64,000 nucleotides of DNA. Source: Oikopleura dioica (taxonomy: Eukaryota > Animalia > Chordata). The stretch covers positions 11,904,001 to 11,968,000 of the forward strand of contig OU015568.1 in assembly GCA_907165135.1 (NCBI GenBank), given 5' to 3'. Below the pieces are notes generated by a model. It was given only the letters and a program-made list of their open reading frames with translations. It made no database searches and was not told the DNA's origin. Positions 1-10,342 of this stretch are shown here, one piece after another; position 1 is the first letter of the stretch; each line of letters starts with the position of its first letter. A program made the translations under genes and the position numbers.

Positions 1-73
1 CAAATACGCATCTTTTCACAACAGGAATGAGTTTTTCCTCTGAACCGAGAATCAAATAAAAAAGAAAAAATTA

Positions 74-145
74 AGGGGACACCCGGGTTTGAACCGGGGA
101 CCTCTCGATCTGCAGTCGAATGCTCTACCACTGAGCTATATCCCC
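74..145 (-). tRNA. tRNA-Cys(GCA)
   Basis: Reverse complement reads GGGGATATAGCTCAGTGGTAGAGCATTCGACTGCAGATCGAGAGGTCCCCGGTTCAAACCCGGGTGTCCCCT: 7-bp acceptor stem, D arm, GCA anticodon, GGTTCAAA T loop, U discriminator, then a T-run Pol III terminator. Confidence 0.97.
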
Positions 146-1117
146 ACGTTCACTGCGGCTAGATCAATTCTATTTGAATCAATACTGTAGCTTGTTGAAA
201 ACTCAATTGACAGCGCCTTCAACTACGGACCGTTGATGATCATTGCTGTCTACTACATGGCTCATTCTAACCGATTCTCCGTCGTCAGCTCTGGACACTA
301 GAAAAAGCAACGAGCTTATTTATTCAATGAAGATCATCTGATTGCAATTCAAATTAGTCATGATTATATTTCCGCCTGTACATGATCTCTCATCAATAAA
401 GCTTATCTAACTAATGTTACTGAATAATTTTTACCAAGTTGAAATCATGATCTTTTGATTTTCACTGGGCATTTATCTGGATAAATGCATCTTGGTGATT
501 TGTGGATACACGACGTTTTCCTCAAACCGACGTTTTCCTCAACCGACGTTCTCGTTAAACCGACGTTCTACTCAATGATCAGAACGTCGGTTTGATCAAA
601 ACGTCGGTTTAATGAAAACGTCGGTTTTCACGAAAAATGCGTGGGCGCCTAGAATTCGACTAAGACTCAGTTTGGAAACCGACGTTTTCGTTAAACCAAC
701 GTTTTCATTATGCTTATAATTTATAAGTTATAAACTTAACGCTTGAACGCATAATGAAGAGTAAAAGTATAAGAATACTGTATATTTTCATTTTATGAAC
801 TAATACAGCTAAAATATTTCTTTTTAAAATGTATACAAGACCGATAAAATGTAAGACGATCATTTTTACTGCATAAATTATGTTGGCTAATGTTTTTCCG
901 ATAAACATATCGACTTTAAATGATACTTACTTTTTATCTTTTTTAATAATTAATATAGTTAAAATTTTCAAAGTTTACAATTTAAGGAAAATGTCGGTTT
1001 GAAAAAGACATTATTCCAAAAAGAGCCTATTCTCATTCGCTCTGATTGCCCCCGCATTTTAAGGGAAAACCGACAATTTCATTAAGCCGACGTTCTGATC
1101 AAACCGACGTTCTGAGT

Positions 1118-1955
1118 CAGGGGTGACCATTTGGGCATTGGGCATTTGGGCAAATCGGGCAATTTTCGGGCAAAAACGCTTTTGGGCGGGCATTTGGTCG
1201 GCTCAACGCCTGAAAATAGGCTGGGCAACATTGGAAAAGTCGGGCATTTGGGCATTTTCTGGGCAGTTGGGCACCATCGGGCAGTTGGGCAAATGCCCAC
1301 CGGGAAAAATCATAAACGTGGGCGTTTTCCTGTCCGCTTATTGGTCGTTAAGCTCACAAACAAGAAAAAAGATAAAAGGAGAAGGTTCTGCAAGGGTGTG
1401 TGAAGTGGACCTCTATGGTTAGCTGTTTACCTTTGACCACTTGATCCTTTTGTGAAATTATCCCTACCCTTAACTCAGCCACTTCTTTGCGGAGATGGTT
1501 CTGCAAGGGTGTGTGAAGTGGACCTTCATGGTTAGCTGTCTACCCTTGACCTCCAGATCCTTTTTATCCCTTATTTTTCCAACCCCATTTTTGAACCCCT
1601 TTTTTCGAGACGGTTATGCAAGAGTGTGTGAAGTGGACCTTAATGGTTAGCTGTCTATTCTTGACAACCTGATCGATCTTTTACAAAATTATTTTTTTAA
1701 CCGCTTTTTAAATAAATTTCAAACCTTCCAAATCTTCAACTGAAATAAATTATTGAGAGAAATTTAGAAAATTAAAGTTTTAACAAGCTCGAAATGTCGG
1801 GAAAATTTTTGCCCGAAAAATTGCCCAATTGCCCGATTGGGCATTCTGGGCACATTGGACTGGTCGGGCATTTGGTCGGCCCGGGTCTTGATTTTTGGTA
1901 TTGGGCGGGCAATTGGTCGGCCCGACGAAGATTTTTGCCCAAATGGTCACCCCTG
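1118..1955. mobile_element. hAT-like MITE nested in the right arm of the foldback element
   Basis: 20-bp perfect TIR CAGGGGTGACCATTTGGGCA (1118-1137 / 1936-1955). Host sequence GTTCTGA is duplicated (1109-1115 and 1956-1962), consistent with a degraded 8-bp TSD. Subterminal GGGCATTT-type microrepeats. Confidence 0.8.
1384..1670 (+). repeat. Three ~114-bp tandem units inside the hAT-like MITE
   Basis: Core GGTTMTGCAAGRGTGTGTGAAGTGGACCT...ATGGTTAGCTGT starts at 1384, 1497 and 1612. Confidence 0.9.
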
Positions 1956-2172
1956 GTTCTGACCATTGACGAGAACGTCGGTTTAACGAAAACGTCGGTT
2001 GAGGAAAACGTCGGTTTGAGGAAAACGTCGTGTATCCGTGATTTGTCGGTGAACTCTACTATTCATAAGATAGTAATTATAGACATCGATAATTAAAAAT
2101 TCTTGAACCTTCTTTAAAAATTAAGTAAAAATTTATTTGTATAAAAACATGAGAAAGCATAAAAGAACGTTC

Positions 2173-3138
2173 TCAGCAAGATCCAATCGGCTTGACGGTA
2201 TCGCCATTGCAGCAAACTTGTTTGTCAACCTTAATGACTCTTTATAAACGCCAACATAATGAGCTAACCTTGAAAATAGTTCGACCGAGTCCAAATCCAC
2301 AACATTCTGTCACAGCTGCGGCTGATTTTTGAGCTTTGTTTCCAGAAGATCCTGATCGGCCTTCAAGGGAGCTGTCTTTCGGTGCCTTTGGGATACATCG
2401 AGCTTCTCGGTCGAATCCGTTCTTCGTGCTGAAAGATTCATCGAACGAAATCGACATCTAAAAAAGTTGAAAACACATCATTTTTGGATTACTCTTTACC
2501 TTTCCGAAAGCTTGAGCAAACTGAAGATCGCACTGGCAGATGGTGTGCCCACAAGTATCACGTCTATCTTGGCAAACGGATCCTTTCTTCTTATTGAAGC
2601 TAGAATTGTAATTTCCTCGGCCGTTGCAAGTTGAGCCATGATCCTTGGCAGCGCATTTGTAGCAGAAAAGGAGTGATTTTGAGAGCTCATCGATCAAATC
2701 AGCCGGTTGTCCTTTTCCAGCGTACCCAGTCTCGCCTTTTTGGAGTGGGTGTCCGTAGCAGCCAGTTTCTTCCAAATCCTCCAAGGCGTATTTGGAAGCT
2801 TATTTTGGAATTATCAAGTGCTCATTTCGTTAAATATTTTATCGCTAATGAAAACACCTTCCTGTTTCCTGGTCAATCATCAAGTCAAGCCTGAGCTTTC
2901 TTCCAGAAAATAGAAGTTTTCCTAAATCACTTCTACTCGCCCCAGCTCGGAAAGCTTCTTGAAGATCTCCCTGCCATTTTTCCATCCTGTCGCCGATCTT
3001 CGTTCCTACCATTTCCTGCTCATAAAGGCTAGTCTCAACCCAATCATTCAGCACTCTCAAGTTCTCAATAGCAGTATCGAGGTCGATGCTCTCGGCGGAA
3101 ATGGCGGAGAAACCGGCGAATAAAAATGCACTCTTCAT
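2173..3138 (-). CDS. Secreted cysteine-rich phospholipase A2-like domain protein (probably non-catalytic), about 5 exons
   Basis: Signal peptide MKSAFLFAGFSAISA. PLA2-like GCYG...GKGQPADLIDELSKSLLFCYKC...CQCDLQFA. GT-AG introns join ORFs 2845-3138, 2458-2784 and 2242-2457 to a last exon VDKQVCCNGDTVKPIGSC* (stop 2173-2175). Confidence 0.72.
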
Positions 3139-4509
3139 ATTTTCTATGTTTGAAATTGCTCGATCGAAATACCTATTTATTTCGGTCTCTCACGAATTTG
3201 TCTTGCTTTCTTTAATCTCGGCGGTGTTTTTATGAGCTGGAAATGGATGTCGGACATGCTTGATAACGATTTGATTGGCGGCAACTCACGTTCCACAATT
3301 GTAAAATTATCAGGAAACAGTAGAGAAGTCTTATCTTATGCTGTTGCGATTTTTGCTATCATCTGACGGATAGACAATTGGATGCTCAACTATCCTGCTC
3401 AATAAATCCTGCATGATATCACATGAATTTGATGCTCACGTTTTCTTTAGAAATTCTTGAATATTTGGTCGTTTATATTTTCTGCACCAGAAACGGTTGA
3501 AGAAATTGGATTTTTGAATAAAGACATTGAAATCATCGTCAGATGGGTTGAAGGGGTTTATTCTGGGGATAAAGGTGGTACAGGTGATGATGGTTTGAAA
3601 TCGCTTTTTTGATGTGGGTACAGCAGAATGGTAGGCAGTGAAGAGGGCAGTGAGGTTCCGGAAACAAATCATAACTCTGATTTTGATCTGTTAGTTTTTT
3701 TGTCCGCCCGGTATCCTGGGTACGATTTTTGACGCCGAAGAGGCAGGTGAAGGGTTGGTTCATCAGTGAAGTGGATAAAAGTACAGTCCGGCACTTTCTA
3801 GTACAGGAAAGGGTTGCTGAGGCAGGGCAGAACGGGTTCAGTCAGATTCACTCACAAGTCAGAGAATTTTCAAGTTTCATCATTGAAAAAATGAAAGTCC
3901 TTAGCGCTCCTTTGATCATTTTAGGTACTGGGTACGTTTCAAAGGAACGCTAGGGGAAACTAAAATATGGATAAATGAGCTTATCCTTCAATAAATAAAA
4001 ATAAATATGAAAAGAAAGTTGAGAAATTTAAGCGTATACTACTACGCCAATCAAAAATAATAGCTGTAGCAACCTGTTCGCACACAAAAGGGACAAATTG
4101 CAAGTATGCTAGAATCTCGGGATAGCTGGATAGGCCGTTGAAATTTACAAGAACAAAAAAAAATTTGCCAAGCCATCCCGAGAATAAACAAAAGAAAGTG
4201 TAAAACTATGCTCAAAGTGGAAGGTCACCTTTGGTCTGATTTGCTGCACATATAGCAGGGTTCGGTTCAGGAGCACACGAGAATGAATTGAGAGTAGCAG
4301 TTACTTTGAAACAGAGGTAAGGTACTAGGTAATCAGAGTTTGAGTTGTGTGCGAGCAGGGCTGGGTACAACTGAACAGTGTTTTGAACTTGAATTGGAGT
4401 GAGGGGTCCAAGAAGATACATTTACAGATTAAATACGTTGAAGTAAAGGTAGGAAGTAGAGGAAGAGGAGTGAACTAGGTAGAAACATAATAACATACAC
4501 CAAAGTTGC

Positions 4510-7500
4510 TTATGCTTGACCGCGCTCGATCTTACGGATTTGTCTGATCGCCCAGCCAGCAAGACGCTTGGTTCTATCCACTCTCGAGCGGTTTCCAAGC
4601 TGGAGAAGGCTCTGAATTTTTCGTTGATACCAATCTCACAATTTTAACACTAACCTGAACTCCCTGAGCAGAGAAAGCCTGCATCAATTGATTCTGAGGG
4701 ATAGTAGATCCGAAAACCATCGAGATATCCCCGATCAGACCGCAAGCGTTTTTCAACAAGCTGTCGGTCATCTCGTCTGTATTCTCTGCGATCTTGCACA
4801 AAAACTCGAAGATGAATGGCAAGTACTGCTCGAGAGCTCGAACTTGGCTGGCTTGTGGGTTTGAGTTCTCATCGTCGCCCTTGAGCCCTTGAATGATACC
4901 GGTGAAGGCGTCGAGGCAGGCTTCGCGGAGATCGGTTTGGTAGTCCAACATTTCGTAGTCGTTGGCATCGACCTCGAATGAAGCAGCTTGTTGAAGAGCT
5001 TCCATCACTGGAGCAAGATACTGTGAGAAGTCAGGACCGATGGCCAGAGCAGAGTCGCCGATGGCGGCAACGATTTGGGGCTTGACAGATCGATCGATGG
5101 AGGCGGAGATAAGCGCGTTGTACATCTTTGTCATGATCTCCTCGAAGTAGTTCTTGAAGTCTTTGCCCATTGCGCGGCAGAGGTCGGTAACGACACCAAC
5201 GGCTGCGATGCAGACAGCAATTTCAGCGTGGTTTTCGAGGGAAACAATGAGGTACGGCTTGAAGTGGGGCATGTACTTCTCGAATCCCTTGCCGACGACT
5301 TCGATGAGAGTTCCGACCGCGCCAAGAGCATCTTCTTGGACAGAACCAACGCCGTTTGATTTGCTGAAAAAGAGTTTACCTTTTGATGTCTAGAAATACG
5401 ACTTACGCAAGCATCTTGAGTAGGTACTCCATGCACTTGTCGGAGAGCTCATTCATGTGCTCGGGTTTGACCTTTCGGATGATGGCAGTCAGAGTGGCAC
5501 AGAGGAGACCCTGCATATCGTGGTACTGCGACATCATCGAGCTATCGATTCCGTTCTCCATGGCGAAGAGGTTCTGGATTCGAGTCATGACTTCTTCGGT
5601 TGTCTAAAACCCTATTTATCGAACGCTCGATTTCTATGATGGTACCTTGAGGACAATGTCGTAGCAATCATCCGGTGCATTCTTCATCAATTCCATGATG
5701 GCTTCATAAGCCGCGTTTCTCAAGTTCTCCTGGTTACCATCTTGTCTGTTGGTCGTGGCCAAGAGCTTCTCAATGATACCACCGAAGAACTTAAAATTGA
5801 GTAGGGGAAGATAAGGAGGATAGCGCTTACTCGAGACATGCAGTAAGTTGTTGGTGTGTCTTCAGTTCCGAGCTGATTCTGCGCATGATCGTAGGCAGCA
5901 TCAGAGAGAGAAGAGAACGCCCAGCAAATGTTTTGGGCAACGCGGGGCTCGTCACCGAGACCGTTGACCATAGCCTGAAGGACGTGCTCGAAGATTTTGG
6001 GGTTGAGGACGGCTTCCGGGACGATATCGCAGACTCGACCAACGAACCAAGCAGCTGTATCTCGGACAGCCGCGGAGGGATCCGTCATTGCTTTGACGAT
6101 GATTGGGAAGGCCTGAAACTAGTAAGCAAATTTCAAGAGATGAACTGCGTACCTGGTCGATGGCAGGCTTGAGATTTTCAACAGCGGGTCCTTCGAGAAT
6201 GGATCCGAAGCACATGAGCGCGGCTTCTCTATTTTGCCACTTGGGGTTTTCGAAGTTTGACCCGATGAAATCCATCACTTGCGGGAGGATATTGTTTCCG
6301 CAAGAGTTCGCTAGAAAACTTATATGCTTCTGACGTAGTCGAATTCTATACCTAAGTTCATAAGACAAACACCAGCAGCCTTGGAAGGGCTCCACTCGTC
6401 AGTGTTCGTGTCGTCGTCCTGCTGCGTAAGGAGGACCGTTAATTTGGGACACAAATGCGGGAGGGCCCCATCGGCGTAGTTTTGAGAAAGTCTTGTTGGT
6501 TCCTGACCGCTTTCTCGGGCCTCTTCGGCTTCCAGAGTCAAATCCATTTCTTCATCGCAAATAGTCGACCAGAATTCGATGGCCTAGATCGTTATTAGGA
6601 GAAGTAAGATCCTACATCTTGAAGAACCCGTATATACCGGTGAAAACATGTCTTTTTTGTAAAGACAAAGACAAGAGAATCTTGATAATAAAGAAATTAT
6701 CACGAAAGACTTTGATCTCATACCTGAAGGATAATTTGCTCTGGTTGACTGAGATCCATTGAAGAAATCGTAATTTTAAAGATATCCTGCATGTAGTTTT
6801 GAATATGCTAAATAATTTCGTTGAAAACCTGATCGGAAAAGAGCAATTTACCTCGTAGTAGAGCATGGCGATTTTGACGAGGCACTCAAGTGCTCTCGTT
6901 CTGATTGTGACATCGTTGTCACTGTTGTTGGGGTCCTTGACTGTCTGGTTGCAGACGACCTGCATGATGTGATTTCTTTCATTGTCGACTTCAAAATTAT
7001 TTTTGACGAATTCAAGCGAGTTGAAAAGCGCCGTAATCGCAGCTTGCCGAATGTATTGATTTTGGTTCGCTAGCTGAACAATGGAGTAATCTACTGTACG
7101 CGACAAGGGAACGTACAAGGCCAGAGCAAATGGAGGTGAGGATGAGATTGGACTGCGAACTCAGCAGTTCCGGCTTCACGTCGCTGCAAATGTAACCAAT
7201 AGCCTCGATAGAGGCTTCTTTTGTTCGCTCGAATCTGCAAGCTGCTTTTTCCTGGAAGAAAATTAGTTAGGAAGAATGGATAGTTACGTACGTCAGTAGC
7301 ATTGGTCGCTAAGGCTTGGATAACTTCTCCCCAGTGGCCGTGTGGCAACTCGGCTCCGGCGATGGCGGCGATTACTTGAGGAATAGAACTCGGCCGACTG
7401 AAAATGAATGGTCAAGAATCATAGAACATTGCCTTGTCCTCACCGTGTTTCAGATCCGAGAGCGTTGAAAGAGTTCGTTTTGACTTGATCCCGGAGGTTT

Positions 7501-7799
7501 TTGTCGATCATTAGCCAGCGCTGCTGATACTCCATCTTCGTCTGATTATTGTTGGAGACCAAGTGATTCTTGAGCTGCAACGCGGCCTGGAATCGACAGA
7601 GCTCATCATTCTGCGGATTTGCGAGCACTATAACGAGAAATAGAAGAAGAAGAAAGAGGAGGGCTAACTGACCTACTGAGAGCTGAACAAGGAATTCTGG
7701 TAAGTTGCTCTTGGCAGCTTGTTCAAGCTGAGTCTGTGCCTCCCTGCAGTGAACTGCGTCCGTCGTCTTCTTCAAAATTTCTAACAGTTGCGCCGCCAT
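4510..7799 (-). CDS. KPNB1: Importin subunit beta-1, multi-exon
   Basis: MAAQLLEILKKT...FLVQLS, AIEFWSTICDEEMDL, WSPSKAAGVCL, WQNREAALMCFGSILEGP, VRDTAAWFVGRVC and C-terminal RTKRLAGWAIRQIRKI. Short GT-AG introns keep the frame. Confidence 0.96.
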
Positions 7800-8398
7800 T
7801 CTATTTTTCTGAAGAAAACAAGCTTTTAGCAAAAGTCATTACGTAATCAAATTTTTCGACGAAATTCTCTAAAGAACTGATAATTATCAGTATCGTATTT
7901 ACGGTAATATCTCTACGTAAAAAGTAAAACGAATGGAAGCAAAAAGAAGTGAGAATAAGTTTGCCCTCAGAATAACTCGAAGAATGCGTTTGAACGGAAT
8001 CGACCAATCAGATTTGCGCGATTGTGCGCCCGAGCGAGCGAAATTGAGAAAAACGACCAACCGAACTTACGCCATTTTTATTTGAAAATCAAGATCTTTG
8101 CATAATCTGTCTTATGCAATATATTTTGTAGTTGGAAATTATTAATTTTACTTATCGAAAAGTTGCTCTAATTTTATCAGTGATCAGTTTTCTTCGATTA
8201 TTCTTTTGTCGCATACTTATCAGACTCTAAACATCTTTTACGTCAATGTTTATAATTTGTGAACAATTGTTTACGATAGAATCTTGATAAGACTATGCCA
8301 GAATTCCCAGTTATTATATTTTGTATAATTTTCTACTCATAACATCTGTGGCAATTAAGATTGAATTCGTCAATGTTCTAAAAGGCTGATAAAGCAGC
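7800..8398. promoter_or_regulatory. Probable bidirectional promoter between divergent KPNB1 and ALG11
   Basis: Head-to-head start codons about 600 bp apart, with a CG-rich patch (GCGCGATTGTGCGCCCGAGCGAGCG) near 8016-8040. Inferred from geometry only. Confidence 0.5.
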
Positions 8399-10169
8399 AT
8401 GATATTCGTAACTACCCTCTTTATATTCGTATTTATTCTAATCCGCTTCGGAAGACGTCAAAACAACTCAGTCGCCTTCTTTCATCCTTATTGCGACGCT
8501 GGTGGAGGTGGAGAACGCGTTCTCTGGGAAGCTGTTACTGCTATTTCGCAGAAATATTCAAACAAGCAAATTTATATTTACACCGGAGATGAAGCTTCTG
8601 GAAAGGAAATTCTAAAAAGAGCAGAAGCACGATTCAATATCAAGGTTGAAGATGTTATTTTTGTGCATTTGAAGTATCGATGGTTAGTCGAAGCGGCTAC
8701 TTGGCCAAGTTTCACGCTTGCTGGACAGAGTTTCGGGTCAATTTTATTGGCATTCGAGGTACAGTTGTAACACTTATCCATTGAATAATCTCATTCTTAT
8801 ACTATCCAATCGTTAATCGATTCCTTAATTCATTTTGACTATGAAAATAATCAAAACTTTTCCAATTTTATACGAGAAAACAGGTGTTTCACGCTCGAAC
8901 CATTATATCCGAACGATCCAACCTAAAAACTACTAGGCGCTGCTTAAAGTGAACCCTGAAATCGTCATCGACTCGATGGGCTACAGCTTTACCTACCCCC
9001 TCTTTTGGCTTTTCGGTTGCAAAGTTGGCTGCTACATCCACTATCCAACGATTTCTACAGACATGTTACAAAAGGTTTCGAAGCGAGAAGCAGATTTTAA
9101 CAACAGTGAAACGATTGCCAATAATTCTGTCCTTTCATCAGGTTTTTCTCTTTCTCTTGAGTTGATTTGTCATTTTTCTATTCAGGAAAACTTCTCTATT
9201 ATCAGTTGTTTTCGAAGCTTTACGCTTTCTGTGGAAATCGATCTTCTGTCGTCATGACGAATTCTTCATGGACGCAAAATCATTTGGATCAAATTTGGAC
9301 CAGGAAGTCGTCGAAAATATTTCCTCCTTGCGACGTGTCCGCTTTTACTAAATTAGGAAAGAGTGCTATTTCTATTTTGCTTTCATTTTATTTCGTTATA
9401 ATTTATTCCTTGTGACAATTCATCAGAGAAATCTAAAGAGGAAAAATGTTAATTAAGCTCTCTTGTAGAGCTGGAAAAGAGGCGAATTCCATTTCAGATT
9501 ATGTCTTTAGCCCAATTTAGGCCAGAGAAAAATCATAAGGAAAAGGCGTTAATTTAGGTATCTCTTTGTTAGAGACTCTGACTAGAACAACTCATTCAAT
9601 ATTATATTTCTACATCAGGAAATCTTGTTTATTGACCCTCAACTAAGCTCCAAGTTGAAGCGTTCAAGCTGTTGTACAAGAATCCTGCTTTTTCGTCCGC
9701 CCGACTCATCATGGCAGGAGGAGTTCGTAACCCAGGCGATCAATCCCGCGTGGACGAACTAAACGACTTAATATCCGAATACGGCCTAAGCGATTCAATC
9801 ACCATTGAGAAGAATATTTCTTTTGAACGAATCATCGAGTTATTTGAGACTTCTTCCTGTGGCATACACACGATGAAGGATGAGCATTTCGGAATTACGT
9901 GCGTGGACTTTCAAGCCTCCGGCACAATCGCAGTGGGGCACAACTCGGCCGGTCCCAAAGAAGACATTTTCGTCGATTATGACGGAGAAACGACTGGCTT
10001 TCTCGCCACTGACGCCAGGTCTTTCGCTGATTCCATGGAAAAGATTCTTCTTCTTTCCAAAGAGAGACGACGTCAGATTCAGAAAAACGCAAGAAACGCA
10101 TGTGCGAGATTCTCATCGGAACAGTTCAAGACGGATTTTCTTTATGCCACTGCAAAACTATTCAAGTGA
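8399..10169 (+). CDS. ALG11: GDP-Man:Man3GlcNAc2-PP-Dol alpha-1,2-mannosyltransferase, multi-exon
   Basis: VAFFHPYCDAGGGGERVLW, YIHYPTISTDML, AQFRPEKNH, HTMKDEHFGITCVD, HNSAGPKEDI. Confidence 0.95.
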
Positions 10170-10342
10170 AAGTTCCTTTAATTACAATAACTTTCTTTCG
10201 TCTTTTTTTAACATTCATTTCTCATTATCTATTAGATATCGTGAGTGCAATAAAACTTTTCTGTACTTCCTTTCTTTCGCTAAATATAGTGCTTCACTTA
10301 GAAACTGAAAATTAAAAAGGACTGCATTCAGATGAAAATATC

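Larger units (their letters stand above)
504..2037. mobile_element. Non-autonomous foldback/Mutator-like DNA element with long modular TIRs and 9-bp TSD
   Basis: GGATACACGACGTTTTCCTCAAACCGACG at 504 is the reverse complement of the end at 2037. The arms are built of AAACCGACGTTYT subrepeats. An exact 9-bp duplication GTGATTTGT flanks it (495-503 and 2038-2046). No transposase ORF. Confidence 0.88.

Noticed and set aside
1384-1670. CRISPR-like repeat-spacer appearance
   Set aside because: Eukaryotic context, ~60-bp repeat, related spacers and no cas genes.
1082-2096. Overlapping ORFs on both strands (MGICPTARW..., MSGKFLPEK...)
   Set aside because: They arise from stop-poor GGGCA microrepeats in the MITE arms and contain no protein motif.
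3200-4000. Several 70-78-aa ORFs between the PLA2-like gene and KPNB1
   Set aside because: No motif and no consistent exon chain on either strand.
5075-6333. Antisense ORFs over KPNB1 and similar ones over other genes
   Set aside because: Shadow frames of real coding exons.
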